Source of the DNA: an uncultured delta proteobacterium
Lineage (GTDB): Bacteria; Desulfobacterota; Desulfobacteria; Desulfobacterales; QNYZ01
DNA: 64,000 bases
Assembly: GCA_963845145.1 (NCBI GenBank)
Contig: CAWJQU010000003.1
Span: 160,001 to 224,000 of the forward strand
Reading direction: 5' to 3'
In this document: piece after piece, positions 23,316 to 35,789 of the stretch
How positions within the stretch are numbered: the stretch's first letter is position 1
How the letters are laid out: every line of letters starts with the position of its first letter
Notes under the pieces: generated by a model
What the model was told of the DNA's origin: nothing
The model's input: the letters and a program-made list of their open reading frames with translations, nothing else
Databases searched by the model: none
Translations under genes and position numbers: made by a program

Positions 23316-26300
23316 TCAAGTCTTGTTCCCCTCAAGCAATTGGATATCCAGGCCGAGGGCCCGCAGCTCTTTGGTCAATACCTTAAATGATTCAGGCAGA
23401 CCGGGCTCAAGCACATTTTGCCCCTTAACAATCTTTTCATACATTCGGGTTCGACCGGCCATATCATCAGACTTTACCGTCAGAAATTCCTGAAGTGCAT
23501 GCGCCGCGCCATACGCCTCCATGGCCCAGACTTCCATCTCTCCGAGACGTTGCCCACCAAATTGCGCCTTACCACCAAGCGGTTGCTGGGTAACGATTGA
23601 ATAAGGCCCGATCGAGCGGGCATGAATTTTGTCATCCACGAGATGATGCAACTTCAACATGTACATGGAACCTACAGTTATCCGGCCGTTGAATGGTTCA
23701 CCGGTTCGCCCATCGTAAAGCGTGGCTTGTCCTGTTGATGAAAACCCCGCCTCTTCCAGCAGGCCCTTTATTTCAGATTCTTCAGCACCGTCAAAGACCG
23801 GCGTGGCCATATAGACACCGTTACGATACCCATTGGCCAGCTCAAAAAGCTCATCATCATCTAGATCATCTACTTTGCTGCGCATGCTCTTGTCCTGGTC
23901 GGAGTCGGCATAGAATATTTTTTTAAATTTAGCGCGTAATTCTTTGGCACGTTTATCTTCTAAGAGTGCTTTTATCTGGTTACCCAATCCCTTGGCGGCA
24001 TTGCCAAGGTGAATTTCAAGTACCTGGCCGACATTCATTCGTGATGGTACCCCCAGAGGATTAAGAATCATATCCACAGTGGTTCCGTCGGCAAAATAAG
24101 GAAGGTCCTCCTGAGGAAGAATACGCGAAAGAACGCCTTTATTCCCATGACGCCCGGCCATTTTATCTCCCACCGACAGGGTCCGCTTCATGGCGACGTA
24201 CACCTTAACCATCTTGATCACGCCGGGAAGAAGGTCATCCCCTTTTTGGAGCTGGTCGACTTTTTTATCAAAATCAGCACGGCATCGAGCGATCTCTAAT
24301 CGGTACTTTTCGATAATGCTATTGAGTTCTTCGGTAATTTGAGCATTTTTCAGGACAATCTTCTCCAAATCAACCAAATCCAATTCGGTCAGTTTCTTTT
24401 TAGAGATGACACCATCCTTGGGAATGACCGTCTTTTTCTTTGTTTTGATCGCCGTAACACTTTTACGCCCAATCAGCAGGGAACCGATCCGCTCTTTGGC
24501 CACATCTTCGATGATGGCGCACTTGTCGGTACAATCCTGTTTGAGACGATCAATCTCTTCCTCTTCAATCTTATCCGAACGTTTATCCCTATCGGCGCCT
24601 CGCCTGGAAAACACCTTGGCATCAATCACCACGCCCTGGACACCCGGCGGCACGCGCAGAGAGCTATCTTTGACATCCCCTGCCTTTTCGCCAAAAATCG
24701 CCCGAAGTAACTTCTCTTCAGGAGACAACTGGGTCTCGGTTTTCGGTGTGATTTTGCCCACCAGAATATCCCCGGATTTTACTTCAGCACCCAGTCGAAT
24801 AATCCCGCTTTCATCTAGATTACTCAGTGCTTCCTCACCAACATTGGGAATATCTCGGGTAACCTCTTCCTTTCCTAACTTGGTATCCCGGGCAACCAGC
24901 TCAAACTCTTCGACATGGATAGAGGTATAGATACCATCGCGCACCAGGTGCTCCCCGATCAAAATGGAATCTTCAAAATTGTACCCACCCCAAGGCATGA
25001 AGGCCACCGTTACATTTTTTCCCAAGGCCAATTCGCCCTGATCGGTAGCGGGTCCATCGGCAATAATCTGGCCGGCTTTAATCTCTTGCCCTTTACGTAC
25101 AATGGGACGGTGATTAAAACAGGTGTTTTGATTGGAACGGATGTATTTATCCAGATTATAAACGGTGACCGACCGTTTTCCTTCATCGCCATTTGAGGGC
25201 GTATGACTGATCAAGATACGGGAGGCATCCACATTAACGACGATCCCGTCTCGGTCGGCAACGATAGTAACTCCGGAATCACTGGCAACCACGCCCTCAA
25301 TTCCGGTACCCACCAGCGGTGCTTGGTTGGTCAACAGAGGGACGGCCTGGCGCTGCATGTTGGACCCCATCAAGGCACGGTTGGCGTCATCATTCTCCAA
25401 AAAAGGAATCAATGACGCGGAGACACTGACCAGCTGGTTGGGCGAAATATCCATCAGCTCAATCTGTTCTCTGGGAACCATGGTAAACTCACCGGCCACA
25501 CGCGAAGTCACCAACGGATTGACAAAATTGCTTTCCTCGTCAACCGGCGCATTGGCCTGGGCAATGGGATGCTCTTTTTCATCAAAGGCCCCCAAAGGAA
25601 TAATATCAGTAGATACCTTCGCATCGGCTACTTTCCGATAGGGCGTTTCAATAAACCCATAATCGTTAACCCGTGCGTAGGTCCCTAAGGAAACGATCAG
25701 CCCGATGTTGGGACCTTCAGGTGTCTCGATAGGGCATATACGACCATAGTGAGATGGATGCACATCGCGAACTTCAAAGCCGGCGCGCTCCCGGGTTAAT
25801 CCACCGGGGCCAAGTGCGCTTAAACGCCGCTTATGGGTAGTTTCGGAAAGTGGGTTGGTTTGATCCATAAACTGGCTAAGCTGGCTCGTTCCGAAAAACT
25901 CTTTTACCACCGCAGTAACTGGTTTCGAATTCACCAGATCATGAGGCATTAAAGCATCTACCTCCTGGAGACTCATGCGTTCCTTTATGGCTCGCTCCAT
26001 TCGAACGAGGCCAATACGATATTGATTCTCCAAGAGCTCGCCCACCGCACGGACACGACGATTCCCGAGGTGGTCGATATCGTCCACCTCCCCTTGTGTA
26101 TCCCGCAATTCAACCAAAGTTTTGGCGGTGATTAAAATATCTTCTTTGCGAAGGGTTCTTAAATTAATTTCAGAATCAATCCCCATGCGCTGGTTGATCT
26201 TCAAACGTCCCACACGGGAAAGATCATAATAGGCCGAATCGAAAAAAAGATGGTCTACAAAATCCTGGGCCACTTCGGGTGTGGCCGGGTTCCCCGGTCG

Positions 26301-27434
26301 CATACGCCGGTAAATCTCAATCAAAGCCTCTTCTTTACTTTCGACTTTATCGAGCAGTAGTGTTTTGTGAATAGCGTCACTGGATGTTGTCCCGTCAATA
26401 TAAAGGATTTCAAACTCCGAGATGTCGGCCGTGACAAGATTTTCGATGTTGGTTTCATCCAGCATCTCATTAGAGGTAACAATGGATTCGTCGGTTTCAA
26501 GATTGACCACGGAAGCGGCCATAATTTTACCGACAAGACTTTCCTGGCTGATGGGCAGCCATTCAACCTTGGCCGCGATCATCCGCTTAACAGCGGCCTG
26601 GGTAAACAGACGGCCGGCCGGATGCACGATCTTTCCAGTTGTTGGGTGCAGTACGTCCAAGCCCGCCCGTTGACCTCGCACAAAGTCCGGATTAAATTTT
26701 TTATAAAAATGATTGTTTTTATAGATAATTTTTTCCCGGTCATAAAAATATCCCAGGAGGTCTTCCGCAGTATAGCCAAAAGATTTGAAAAGAATCGTTA
26801 CCGGAAATTTGCGTCTTCGGTCAATCCGGACCTGAACGATATCCTTAGGGTCAACTTCCATATCAATCCAAGACCCGCGTACAGGAATAATCCTCGAACT
26901 GTAGATAACCTTGCCGCTTGAATGGGATTTCCCCTTATCATGATCAAAAAACACACCGGATGAACGGTGAAGCTGGCTAACAACAACCCGTTCAGTACCG
27001 TTTATAATAAAGGTACCATTCGCCGTCATCAAGGGAAGGGTACCAAAGTAAATTTCTTGTTCTTTGATATCACGAATGTTTGATACACCCGTCTCTTTAT
27101 CAACATCGTACACAACCAAACGTGCGGTGATTCGAAGCGGGACTTCGTAAGTCATCCCGCGAAGAATACACTCTTTAACACTGTGTTTAATCTTATCGAA
27201 CCGATAGCTGACGAACTCTAAAGATGCACTACCGCTAAAATCCTTGATGGGAAAGACGGAATTAAAAACGGTCTGAAGGCCGATGTTCTTGCGCTCATCG
27301 GGCGGAACATCAACCTGCAACAGACGGTCGTAGGATTCGCGTTGAATCCCGATTAAGTCCGGTATATCGATAATTTTCCGGATCTTACCAAAACTCTTCC
27401 TTATACGACCTTTCGCCGGTATTCTTTCAGGCAT
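23316..27434 (-). CDS. rpoB: RNA polymerase beta subunit
   Basis: [54 protein letters not shown]. Confidence 0.99.
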   Translation of the reverse strand: MPERIPAKGRIRKSFGKIRKIIDIPDLIGIQRESYDRLLQVDVPPDERKNIGLQTVFNSVFPIKDFSGSASLEFVSYRFDKIKHSVKECILRGMTYEVPLRITARLVVYDVDKETGVSNIRDIKEQEIYFGTLPLMTANGTFIINGTERVVVSQLHRSSGVFFDHDKGKSHSSGKVIYSSRIIPVRGSWIDMEVDPKDIVQVRIDRRRKFPVTILFKSFGYTAEDLLGYFYDREKIIYKNNHFYKKFNPDFVRGQRAGLDVLHPTTGKIVHPAGRLFTQAAVKRMIAAKVEWLPISQESLVGKIMAASVVNLETDESIVTSNEMLDETNIENLVTADISEFEILYIDGTTSSDAIHKTLLLDKVESKEEALIEIYRRMRPGNPATPEVAQDFVDHLFFDSAYYDLSRVGRLKINQRMGIDSEINLRTLRKEDILITAKTLVELRDTQGEVDDIDHLGNRRVRAVGELLENQYRIGLVRMERAIKERMSLQEVDALMPHDLVNSKPVTAVVKEFFGTSQLSQFMDQTNPLSETTHKRRLSALGPGGLTRERAGFEVRDVHPSHYGRICPIETPEGPNIGLIVSLGTYARVNDYGFIETPYRKVADAKVSTDIIPLGAFDEKEHPIAQANAPVDEESNFVNPLVTSRVAGEFTMVPREQIELMDISPNQLVSVSASLIPFLENDDANRALMGSNMQRQAVPLLTNQAPLVGTGIEGVVASDSGVTIVADRDGIVVNVDASRILISHTPSNGDEGKRSVTVYNLDKYIRSNQNTCFNHRPIVRKGQEIKAGQIIADGPATDQGELALGKNVTVAFMPWGGYNFEDSILIGEHLVRDGIYTSIHVEEFELVARDTKLGKEEVTRDIPNVGEEALSNLDESGIIRLGAEVKSGDILVGKITPKTETQLSPEEKLLRAIFGEKAGDVKDSSLRVPPGVQGVVIDAKVFSRRGADRDKRSDKIEEEEIDRLKQDCTDKCAIIEDVAKERIGSLLIGRKSVTAIKTKKKTVIPKDGVISKKKLTELDLVDLEKIVLKNAQITEELNSIIEKYRLEIARCRADFDKKVDQLQKGDDLLPGVIKMVKVYVAMKRTLSVGDKMAGRHGNKGVLSRILPQEDLPYFADGTTVDMILNPLGVPSRMNVGQVLEIHLGNAAKGLGNQIKALLEDKRAKELRAKFKKIFYADSDQDKSMRSKVDDLDDDELFELANGYRNGVYMATPVFDGAEESEIKGLLEEAGFSSTGQATLYDGRTGEPFNGRITVGSMYMLKLHHLVDDKIHARSIGPYSIVTQQPLGGKAQFGGQRLGEMEVWAMEAYGAAHALQEFLTVKSDDMAGRTRMYEKIVKGQNVLEPGLPESFKVLTKELRALGLDIQLLEGNKT

Positions 27435-27456
27435 GGCATCTCCGATAAATGATTAA

Positions 27457-27504
27457 ATGCCCGAGTTTAAACCTTAAATAGAATTTTGGGTTTAATTCGG
27501 GCAT
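27457..27504. promoter_or_regulatory. Long stem-loop in the rplL-rpoB spacer (possible attenuator or processing site)
   Basis: ATGCCCGAGTTTAAACC...GGTTTAATTCGGGCAT imperfect inverted repeat, about 20 nt upstream of the rpoB start. Confidence 0.5.
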
Positions 27505-27697
27505 CAATCTAACCTATGATTTGGATTGGCTTACAAAAAATAAAAGGGATATCGGATCCATGGAATTTACCAGAAATAGTACTCTTGATCCGTTGGTAAT
27601 TCATCATTCCGATATTCCGCAAATTAATATAAAACAGGTAAAATAGCGCCGATTTAAATCAATTGCTATCCGTTGGATAAAAACGGCCGTCCAGGTT

Positions 27698-28084
27698 CTA
27701 TTTAACCTCAACCTGGGCGCCGGCTTCCTCGAGTTGTTCCTTAATTTTTTCTGCCTCATCTTTCGGGATGGCTTCCTTGACTGCTTGGGGAGCACCGTCC
27801 ACCAGAGTTTTGGCCTCTTTGAGGCCCAATCCAGTGATGGCCCGAACTTCCTTGATTACCTGAATTTTCTTGTCCCCATGGGCTGTAAGAATCACGTCAA
27901 ATTCGGTTTGTTCTTCAGCGGCAGCGCCAGCACCGTCAGCCCCTGGCATCATGGCAGCCATAGCGACTGGTGCGGCCGCACTGACTCCAAATTTTTCTTC
28001 CATTTCCTTGACAAGATCAGCCAAATCAAGAACCGACATACTGGCTATAAATTCAATTACATCGTCTTTGGTAATATCCGCCAT
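27698..28084 (-). CDS. rplL: 50S ribosomal protein L7/L12
   Basis: [11 protein letters not shown]...[10 protein letters not shown]...[20 protein letters not shown]. Confidence 0.99.
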   Translation of the reverse strand: MADITKDDVIEFIASMSVLDLADLVKEMEEKFGVSAAAPVAMAAMMPGADGAGAAAEEQTEFDVILTAHGDKKIQVIKEVRAITGLGLKEAKTLVDGAPQAVKEAIPKDEAEKIKEQLEEAGAQVEVK

Positions 28085-28164
28085 TTCTTTATCCTCCAAA
28101 AAAATAATTTTTATTTAATCATGCGTTTTAATTCAATCATCATTCACTTGATTATATACCATTA

Positions 28165-28701
28165 TCAAGCAGATGCACCGGTTTCCGCTTCTTTTTTGTC
28201 TTTTAAGGCCGTCAAAAGATTAACAAATTGCTGTGGGACGCCATTGAGCACACGGACAAACGCGGTCGGGACACCATTTATGACCGACAGTAATTGACCT
28301 AAAAGTTGCTCACGGGAAGGCAGGCTGGACAGTGCCTTAATGGCTGCTGAGTCCAGTACTTTGCCATCCATTACGCCCATTTTAATTTCTAGATTATCGT
28401 TTTCCTTGGCGAAATCGGTCAGAACTTTGGCCGGCGTTACGGGATCGTCAAAGCTGTAGGTGACCGCACTGGGCCCTTTGAAACTGTCTGAAATTAATTC
28501 CAGATCATTTCCCTCAGCAGCCCTTCGTAGCAGCGTATTTTTAACCACACGATACCCGATTGAATGCTCTCGCAGCTTTACTCTAAGACTGTTTAAAGTC
28601 GCTACATCGAGCCCCTTGTAATCCGTAACAATCACCACTTTCGCCTTGGAAAATGTATCCTTAAATTCGTCGACGATGGCCTTTTTGTGTTCAATTTTCA
28701 C
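28165..28701 (-). CDS. rplJ: 50S ribosomal protein L10
   Basis: DYKGLDV...VVKNTLLRRA...LSSLPSREQL; GTG start. Confidence 0.98.
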   Translation of the reverse strand: MKIEHKKAIVDEFKDTFSKAKVVIVTDYKGLDVATLNSLRVKLREHSIGYRVVKNTLLRRAAEGNDLELISDSFKGPSAVTYSFDDPVTPAKVLTDFAKENDNLEIKMGVMDGKVLDSAAIKALSSLPSREQLLGQLLSVINGVPTAFVRVLNGVPQQFVNLLTALKDKKEAETGASA

Positions 28702-28820
28702 TTAGACGCTACACCCCCTTTCCTTGTAACTGTCCAAAACCGAAGAAACCGGTCGGTTGATCGACCTGGCGGATCCTGAATGTTGGTCGCTTTATAGTCA
28801 TACCAAATTTAGTGTATCCA

Positions 28821-28883
28821 CTGTCTCTGCAGGCCAGACGGACTGATTAACCGCGATTGACGCGGGCCTACGGTCTTCGACAG
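28821..28883 (-). promoter_or_regulatory. L10 leader (autoregulatory mRNA element)
   Basis: Minus strand CTGTC-GAAGACCGTAGG...TTAA...CCTGCAGA-GACAG in the rplA-rplJ spacer resembles the L10(L12)4-binding leader pattern. Confidence 0.8.
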
Positions 28884-28949
28884 AAATGTTGTTTGCCGCC
28901 CGAGGAAGGTTTGACTTCCAATCATTCGGCAGCGTTAATTGTAGATAAA

Positions 28950-29654
28950 TTATCCGACTAGATCCTTTACAAAAGCGGAATCGATTTTGATGCCCGGCCC
29001 CATGGTCGTGGAGAGGACGATTCCTTTAAGATATGCTCCCTTACTGGCAGGTGGCTTTAGTCGCATGATGGTTTCCATGAACGTGGTAATATTTTCAATC
29101 AGCTTCTCCACGCCAAATGACACTTTACCCATCGGGACGTGGACGATTCCGGCTTTCTCAACCCTAAAATCGATTTTACCGCTTTTTAACTCTTCAACAG
29201 CCCTGGCAACATCGAATGTCACCGTTCCGGTTTTGGCATTCGGCATCAGCCCTCGTGGCCCAAGTATTCGACCGATTTTGCCGACCGAACCCATAACATC
29301 GGGTGTGGCTACGGCTTTATCAAATCCAAACCAGCCCCCTTTAATTTTTTCAACCAGATCGTCGTTACCGACAAAATCCGCTCCTGCATCAGTGGCCTCG
29401 GACTCTTTCTCGCCCTTGGCAAAAACGAGCACCTTGACCTCTTTGCCCAGACCGTTGGGCAAAACCACACTTCCCCTAACCATTTGATCGGCATGCCGTG
29501 GATCAACGCCCAGTCGGACAGCCAAGTCAACGGTCTCATCAAAGCGTGCGAAGGATGCTTCAATTGCCAGTTTAACTGCGTCGAAAAAGTTGTGACGGGC
29601 AGATTGATCCAGTTTTTGAACGACCCCCTGATATTTTTTTCCCCGTTTCGGCAT
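28950..29654 (-). CDS. rplA: 50S ribosomal protein L1
   Basis: [24 protein letters not shown]...LGPRGLMPN...STTMGPG. Confidence 0.99.
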   Translation of the reverse strand: MPKRGKKYQGVVQKLDQSARHNFFDAVKLAIEASFARFDETVDLAVRLGVDPRHADQMVRGSVVLPNGLGKEVKVLVFAKGEKESEATDAGADFVGNDDLVEKIKGGWFGFDKAVATPDVMGSVGKIGRILGPRGLMPNAKTGTVTFDVARAVEELKSGKIDFRVEKAGIVHVPMGKVSFGVEKLIENITTFMETIMRLKPPASKGAYLKGIVLSTTMGPGIKIDSAFVKDLVG

Positions 29655-29777
29655 TTTAACTCTCTCTCCTTTGAGCGGCTTTTTGTGGTCAACCGCAAAA
29701 AGCAATAATCATTGAACATCGGTACACAATAACCTAACGACCTAATCCCTTTTTACACACATTACCCATATTGAAAA

Positions 29778-30200
29778 TCAAGCAACCTCGATTCCCATAC
29801 TTCTAGCGGTACCTTCTATTATGCGGCAGGCGGCATCCAGATCATGTGCATTCAGATCGACCATTTTTTGTTTTGCAATCTCTTCCACCTGATCACGGGT
29901 AACCTTACCCACACGGTCACGTTTTGGATCGGCTGCACCTTTCGCAATCCGTGCCGCCTTTTTCAATAAAACGGCTGCCGGTGGTGTTTTGGTGATAAAG
30001 GTAAAAGAGCGATCTTGATATACCGTCAAAACGGCTGGAATAATCATCCCGGCCTCGTCAGCCGTTCGCGCATTAAAGGCCTTGCAAAAATCCATTATGT
30101 TTACACCGTGCTGGCCTAGCGCCGGCCCGATTGGAGGAGATGGATTGGCCTTGCCGGCTTCGATTTGCAATTTAATCTGGGTCATTACTTTTTTTGCCAT
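29778..30200 (-). CDS. rplK: 50S ribosomal protein L11
   Basis: [26 protein letters not shown]...GTARSMG. Confidence 0.99.
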   Translation of the reverse strand: MAKKVMTQIKLQIEAGKANPSPPIGPALGQHGVNIMDFCKAFNARTADEAGMIIPAVLTVYQDRSFTFITKTPPAAVLLKKAARIAKGAADPKRDRVGKVTRDQVEEIAKQKMVDLNAHDLDAACRIIEGTARSMGIEVA

Positions 30201-30272
30201 GTGCTGTTTTCTCCTGGATATCATTAAGCCCAAGCGGCTGATTGCTTCCAAGCCAACCGAGATTAATTCTTT

Positions 30273-30803
30273 TTATAACTTACTGACCTGAATAAAATCG
30301 AGTTCAACGGGTGTCGATCTCCCAAATATACTGACCAATACCCTGATTTTACCTTTTTCCGGATTCACTTCCTGAACGGTACCGTTAAAGTTGGCAAACG
30401 GACCATCGACCACACGGATTTCATCTCCCATCTCGAAATGGAACTTTGGTTTAGGCTCTAATTTTCCGGCCTCCATCCGGTTTAATATCCGCTCGGCCTC
30501 CCGATCGGGTATTGCTGCCGGCTTTTCTCGCCCACCTAAAAATCCGGTGACCTTGGCAGTGTCGTTCACAATGTGCCAGGTTTCATCGTTTAACATCATC
30601 TGGACTAGAATATATCCCGGATAAAATTTCCGCGATGATTCCCGCCGCTTACCTTTAACCAGTTCAACAATCTGCTCGGTGGGTACAACGACCTCACCAA
30701 ACTTGTCCGCATGGGTAGATGATGAGATCCGCTCCTCAAGCGCTGTTTTAACTTTATTCTCAAAGCCCGAGTAAACATGAATGATATACCATTTAAGCGA
30801 CAC
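30273..30803 (-). CDS. nusG: Transcription termination/antitermination factor NusG
   Basis: WYIIHVYSGFE...YPGYILV...KOW VRVVDGPF-like segment...SIFGRSTPVEL. Confidence 0.99.
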   Translation of the reverse strand: MSLKWYIIHVYSGFENKVKTALEERISSSTHADKFGEVVVPTEQIVELVKGKRRESSRKFYPGYILVQMMLNDETWHIVNDTAKVTGFLGGREKPAAIPDREAERILNRMEAGKLEPKPKFHFEMGDEIRVVDGPFANFNGTVQEVNPEKGKIRVLVSIFGRSTPVELDFIQVSKL

Positions 30804-30830
30804 TAGCGTATGCTCCTTATAACCGGCGAT

Positions 30831-31220
30831 CTATTGCAGAACCACGCGAACAAAACTCGTCAATCCCATATCGACAAGTCCGAGGAAAAGGGATATCAAT
30901 ATCACCAGCACCAAAACGACGATGGTCGACCCCAGGGTCTGTTTTCTCGACGGCCAGGTAACTTTCTTTAATTCAACTTTCACTTCCCGAAGAAACTGGA
31001 TACTTTTTTGAACCCAGTTTGGCTTGCTTAGAACCGCAGGCACCTTTGTTGTGGTAAAAGGCTTGTTGGTCGCTTTCTGGCCTGAGGTCTTCTTGACTTT
31101 GGCAAGCATAGCCGCCGGCTGTGAACCGGAACCGCTGGCAACCTGTGCAATGTCATCCGGTTTTTTTTCACGTTTTTTTTGCTTGGCGTCTGTGGGTTTC
31201 TTCTTTTGTAAACGTGCCAT
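30831..31220 (-). CDS. secE: Preprotein translocase SecE (single TM, long basic N-terminal extension)
   Basis: FLREVKVELKKVTWPSR motif followed by one TM helix; lies between trnW and nusG. Confidence 0.96.
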   Translation of the reverse strand: MARLQKKKPTDAKQKKREKKPDDIAQVASGSGSQPAAMLAKVKKTSGQKATNKPFTTTKVPAVLSKPNWVQKSIQFLREVKVELKKVTWPSRKQTLGSTIVVLVLVILISLFLGLVDMGLTSFVRVVLQ

Positions 31221-31237
31221 ATTTCTCCTGAAAAATG

Positions 31238-31313
31238 TGGCAGGCCAGGAGGGATTCGAACCCCCAACACCCGGATTTGGAGTCCGACGCTCTACCGTTG
31301 GAGCTACTGGCCT
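31238..31313 (-). tRNA. tRNA-Trp (CCA)
   Basis: AGGCCAGTAGCTCCAACGGTAGAGCGTCGGACT-CCA-AATCCGG...GGTTCGAATCCCTCCTGGCCTGCCA. Confidence 0.97.
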
Positions 31314-31368
31314 GCAATCAGGGACCTTATACGCGATCCCGTTTTTTTCAATGTCGCATTATACGCCA

Positions 31369-31518
31369 TTATTTGGTTTCCCGATGACGTGTATGTTTTT
31401 GGCAAAACCGGCAATATTTGTTGAATTCAAGTTTATCCGGTGTTGTCCGCTTGTTTTTGGTTGTCGTATAATTTCTATTTTTACACTCAGGGCACGCAAG
31501 GGTTATAATAACTCTCAC
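31369..31518 (-). CDS. rpmG: 50S ribosomal protein L33 (Zn form; below ORF-track cutoff)
   Basis: Manual translation from [52 protein letters not shown]. Confidence 0.98.
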   Translation of the reverse strand: MRVIITLACPECKNRNYTTTKNKRTTPDKLEFNKYCRFCQKHTRHRETK

Positions 31519-31537
31519 CTTAATTCTCCTTCACTTC

Positions 31538-32731
<1,194 letters not shown>

Positions 32732-32823
32732 TTTTTCCATCCTCCCTGCATTGAATTAACAAAATCTCTAATTTTTTTCTTCCGGGCAGACTGGGGTCGG
32801 CAAAACCGCCAGCCGTATGGTGA

Positions 32824-32900
32824 TGGAGCCCACGACCGGAATCGAACCGGTGAACCTCTTCCTTACCAAGGAAGCGCTCTACCTACTGAGCTACGTGGGC
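32824..32900 (-). tRNA. tRNA-Thr (GGT)
   Basis: GCCCACGTAGCTCAG...CTTCCTT-GGT-AAGGAAG...GGTTCGATTCCGGTCGTGGGCTCCA. Confidence 0.97.
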
Positions 32901-33115
32901 GAATCACATCGTTTATATTGATGGCATGATGGTATTGTGCGGCGCTCTTCGACATTTCTGGGAATTATGGCAAAATACCGGCTTTTATCCATATCAGAGT
33001 CGGGCATATTATCAAATCTTAAGGCCACGGATGTGTTTCTACGATTTGATCTTTTGCCTTTATCAACCTTAAAAAAAACCGACCTTATCCAAAAGCCTCC
33101 CTTACCGGATCGACT

Positions 33116-33191
33116 TGGAGCGGGAGACGAGGCTCGAACTCGCGACATTCAGCTTGGAAGGCTGAAGCTCTACCAACTGAGCTACTCCCGC
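33116..33191 (-). tRNA. tRNA-Gly (TCC)
   Basis: GCGGGAGTAGCTCAGTTGG...CAGCCT-TCC-AAGCTG...GTTCGAGCCTCGTCTCCCGCTCCA. Confidence 0.97.
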
Positions 33192-33358
33192 TCGACACCA
33201 ACATTTACACCGCACTATCCCTCCCCCAGCTGGCTCCAGCTGGAGAAAACATAGGCACCCTCAAACAATATAGGGCATATTGGTGAGAAGCTACGTAGTC
33301 GTACCGATCCCGCCGTCAATAAACGAAATCTCCTACACTAAGCCACAAAACAACGATT

Positions 33359-33443
33359 TGGTGGTGGGGGGAGGATTTGAACCTCCGAAGGCGTCGCCGA
33401 CAGATTTACAGTCTGTTCCCTTTGACCACTCGGGAACCCCACC
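33359..33443 (-). tRNA. tRNA-Tyr (GTA)
   Basis: 85 nt with long variable arm: GGTGGGGTTCCCGAGTGG...CAGACT-GTA-AATCTG...CCCCACCACCA. Confidence 0.97.
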
Positions 33444-33469
33444 AAAAAATAGCAATATTTCTTTCATCC

Positions 33470-33545
33470 TGGAGCCAGCGAAGGGACTCGAACCCCCGAC
33501 CCACTGATTACAAATCAGTAGCTCTACCAACTGAGCTACGCTGGC
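33470..33545 (-). tRNA. tRNA-Thr (TGT)
   Basis: GCCAGCGTAGCTCAGTTGG...CTGATT-TGT-AATCAG...TTCGCTGGCTCCA. Confidence 0.97.
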
Positions 33546-33587
33546 AAAAAAGATTCATTACGCTCACTCAATCGATTAAACCTTATA

Positions 33588-33616
33588 TTTATAACACGCC
33601 AATTTACCGATTTCAA
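33588..33616 (-). promoter_or_regulatory. sigma70 promoter of the tRNA-tuf operon
   Basis: TTGAAA-17 nt-TATAAA with an extended -10 TG, about 40 nt upstream of tRNA-Thr(TGT). Confidence 0.7.
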
Positions 33617-33824
33617 GCTTTTATTTGATTTTATTTCGAATATTTTGGTCGGGATCGCTTTACTATAAATATGGTCCAGCCCACCTGGCAAGTGTCGCTT
33701 ATATTTTAGATCCGAGTATAAATTGCCTTATCGAGTGGTTTGGCTTACAATTGATCTCTTGACACGAACCGGAATCGTTGTGTACTCAAAAGAATCCCAA
33801 CAACATCAATTAGGTAAGAACACC

Positions 33825-35777
33825 ATGTCGATAAACCACCGTAAATGCGCAGACTTTATATCTCTAAAATGGATTGGCGTCTACATCTTTCTCGCTTGTT
33901 TCACGGCGACCGGATGCGCGACATCGATCCGTCATAAAGAGGCAGTATCACCACCAATCGCTGAAACCGACACCGTCGCCAAAACCGACACCGTCGCCAA
34001 AGAGGGCAAAGATCAATCCTCAGCCGAGAACCCCTCTTCCCTGAATTCCAAAAACCAGGATCCCATAAACAGCATCGATCATTCCAAAGATAAAAAAATT
34101 TCCAGTGAAGATCTGACGGCGGAACAGCCTGAGGTGTCAGAATCCGATACCTTGCTCAATACACAAGTGCCCACCTTGGTGGACGATCAAAATACATCGT
34201 CCGAAACCGAAAAAACGCCCCAGACCATATTGGATGAAGCCCTTGATTATTGTCAGCTCGCCCAAAATTTATGGGAACAGGGAGAGTTGGAATCCGCCCT
34301 TGAAGCACTTGACCAGGCTTATGCGTTCATCCTGGACCTTAATGATATTGACGCCCAGCCGAAATTGATTCAACAGAAGGAGGATCTACGCTTTCTTATC
34401 TCCCGACGTATTCTTGAGATCTATGCATCCCGTCATATTGTCGTCAATGGTGATTATAAGGCGATTCCCATTGAGATAAACAGCCATGTTCAGGCTGAGA
34501 TCGACCGGTTCACCAAGGGTGTTGAATTAAATTTCTTTAAAGCATCTTATAAACGTTCGGGGCGATACCGGCCTTACATTCTCAAGGAATTGAAAAAAGC
34601 CGGATTGCCGGAAGAATTATCCTGGTTGCCACTGATTGAAAGTGGTTATAAAGTCAATGCCTTGTCCAAAGCCAGGGCTCTGGGGCTTTGGCAGTTTATT
34701 CCCTCGACCGGCTACAAATTTGGCCTGACCCGTAATACCTATGTGGATAATCGCCTTGACCCGGCCAAAGCAACTCTGGCGGCCATCGCCTATTTAAAAG
34801 AACTTCATCAGATTTTTGGGGATTGGTCGACGGTTTTGGCCGCCTATAATTGTGGCGAAGGCCGCGTCCTACGTGAAATACGCGCTCAGAATATTAACTA
34901 TTTAGACAATTTTTGGGATTTATACGCGCGCTTGCCACGCGAAACCGCCCGATATGTACCACGATTTATCGCAACCCTTCACATTTTGAACAACCCGACC
35001 AAATATGGCCTTGATGCCATCACCGTCGACACCCCTCTCACGTACGAAACCACCACAATTGCAAAACGGGCACATTTGCAACAGCTGGCCAAAGCGATCG
35101 GCGTCTCACAGAAATCACTTCAAGACCTGAACCCCGAGCTAAGATACCAGATCACCCCGCCTGAAGCCTACGCCCTTAAAATTCCCAGCGGCAAAGGAGC
35201 GGCGCTTTTATCCGCTATAGACAGCATCCCTGCCTATCGACCGCCCCAACCCAAATATGTGTATCATCGGGTTCGTCGGGGAGAAACCGTATCAACCATT
35301 GCGCGCAAGTACCGCACATCCGCCCGGCGCATCGCCCAGGCCAACCGGCTAAACCGTCGATATACCATCGTGGCCGGAAAAAGGTTGAAAATTCCCGTCA
35401 AAGGGTCGATGGCCGCTATTAAAACGAACCAACCGCCTAGAAAAAAGGTTGCCACTGCCAATACCCGTCATCGGGTTCGCAAAGGGGATTCCCTTTGGAA
35501 TATCGCCCGGCGCTACCGCACTACGGTACATGACATCAAGCAACTCAACCGTCTGAAAGGCACTGCACTTTCCATCGGCCAGGAACTAAAAATAAAGGGC
35601 ACGCCCAAGGCATCCCAGCCCAGCAAAAAAGGATTAAAGGCCTACCGCGTCAGATCCGGAGATAGTCCTTATCAAATTGCCAGGCGCAATAGTATGTCGT
35701 TGGCCAGTTTTCTGCAGATCAACCGCCTGACTCCCCGCAGTAAAATCTATCCCGGGCAGAAAGTATACATTGAATAA
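33825..35777 (+). CDS. MltD-like lytic transglycosylase lipoprotein with three LysM domains
   Basis: Lipobox-like ATGC; SLT motifs LIESG, ALGLWQFIPSTG, AAYNCGEG, ETARYVP; LysM repeats HRVRRGET, HRVRKGDSL, YRVRSGDS. Start placed at ATG 33825. Confidence 0.93.
   Translation: MSINHRKCADFISLKWIGVYIFLACFTATGCATSIRHKEAVSPPIAETDTVAKTDTVAKEGKDQSSAENPSSLNSKNQDPINSIDHSKDKKISSEDLTAEQPEVSESDTLLNTQVPTLVDDQNTSSETEKTPQTILDEALDYCQLAQNLWEQGELESALEALDQAYAFILDLNDIDAQPKLIQQKEDLRFLISRRILEIYASRHIVVNGDYKAIPIEINSHVQAEIDRFTKGVELNFFKASYKRSGRYRPYILKELKKAGLPEELSWLPLIESGYKVNALSKARALGLWQFIPSTGYKFGLTRNTYVDNRLDPAKATLAAIAYLKELHQIFGDWSTVLAAYNCGEGRVLREIRAQNINYLDNFWDLYARLPRETARYVPRFIATLHILNNPTKYGLDAITVDTPLTYETTTIAKRAHLQQLAKAIGVSQKSLQDLNPELRYQITPPEAYALKIPSGKGAALLSAIDSIPAYRPPQPKYVYHRVRRGETVSTIARKYRTSARRIAQANRLNRRYTIVAGKRLKIPVKGSMAAIKTNQPPRKKVATANTRHRVRKGDSLWNIARRYRTTVHDIKQLNRLKGTALSIGQELKIKGTPKASQPSKKGLKAYRVRSGDSPYQIARRNSMSLASFLQINRLTPRSKIYPGQKVYIE
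33964..33999 (+). repeat. 18-bp in-frame tandem duplication
   Basis: AAACCGACACCGTCGCCA x2, encoding TDTVAK-TDTVAK in the N-terminal linker. Confidence 0.9.
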
Positions 35778-35789
35778 AAACGGTTTTAC

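Noticed and set aside
25800..25900. Rifampicin-resistance substitutions in RpoB (and streptomycin resistance in RpsL)
   Set aside because: Cluster I residues (Q, D, H, R, S) and RpsL PKKPNS/RVKDLPG look wild type.
32901..33358. Long spacers between the tRNA genes as hidden tRNAs, ncRNAs or an att site
   Set aside because: No cloverleaf, no duplicated tRNA 3' end and no integrase were seen; only a short palindrome (CTCCAGCTGGAG).
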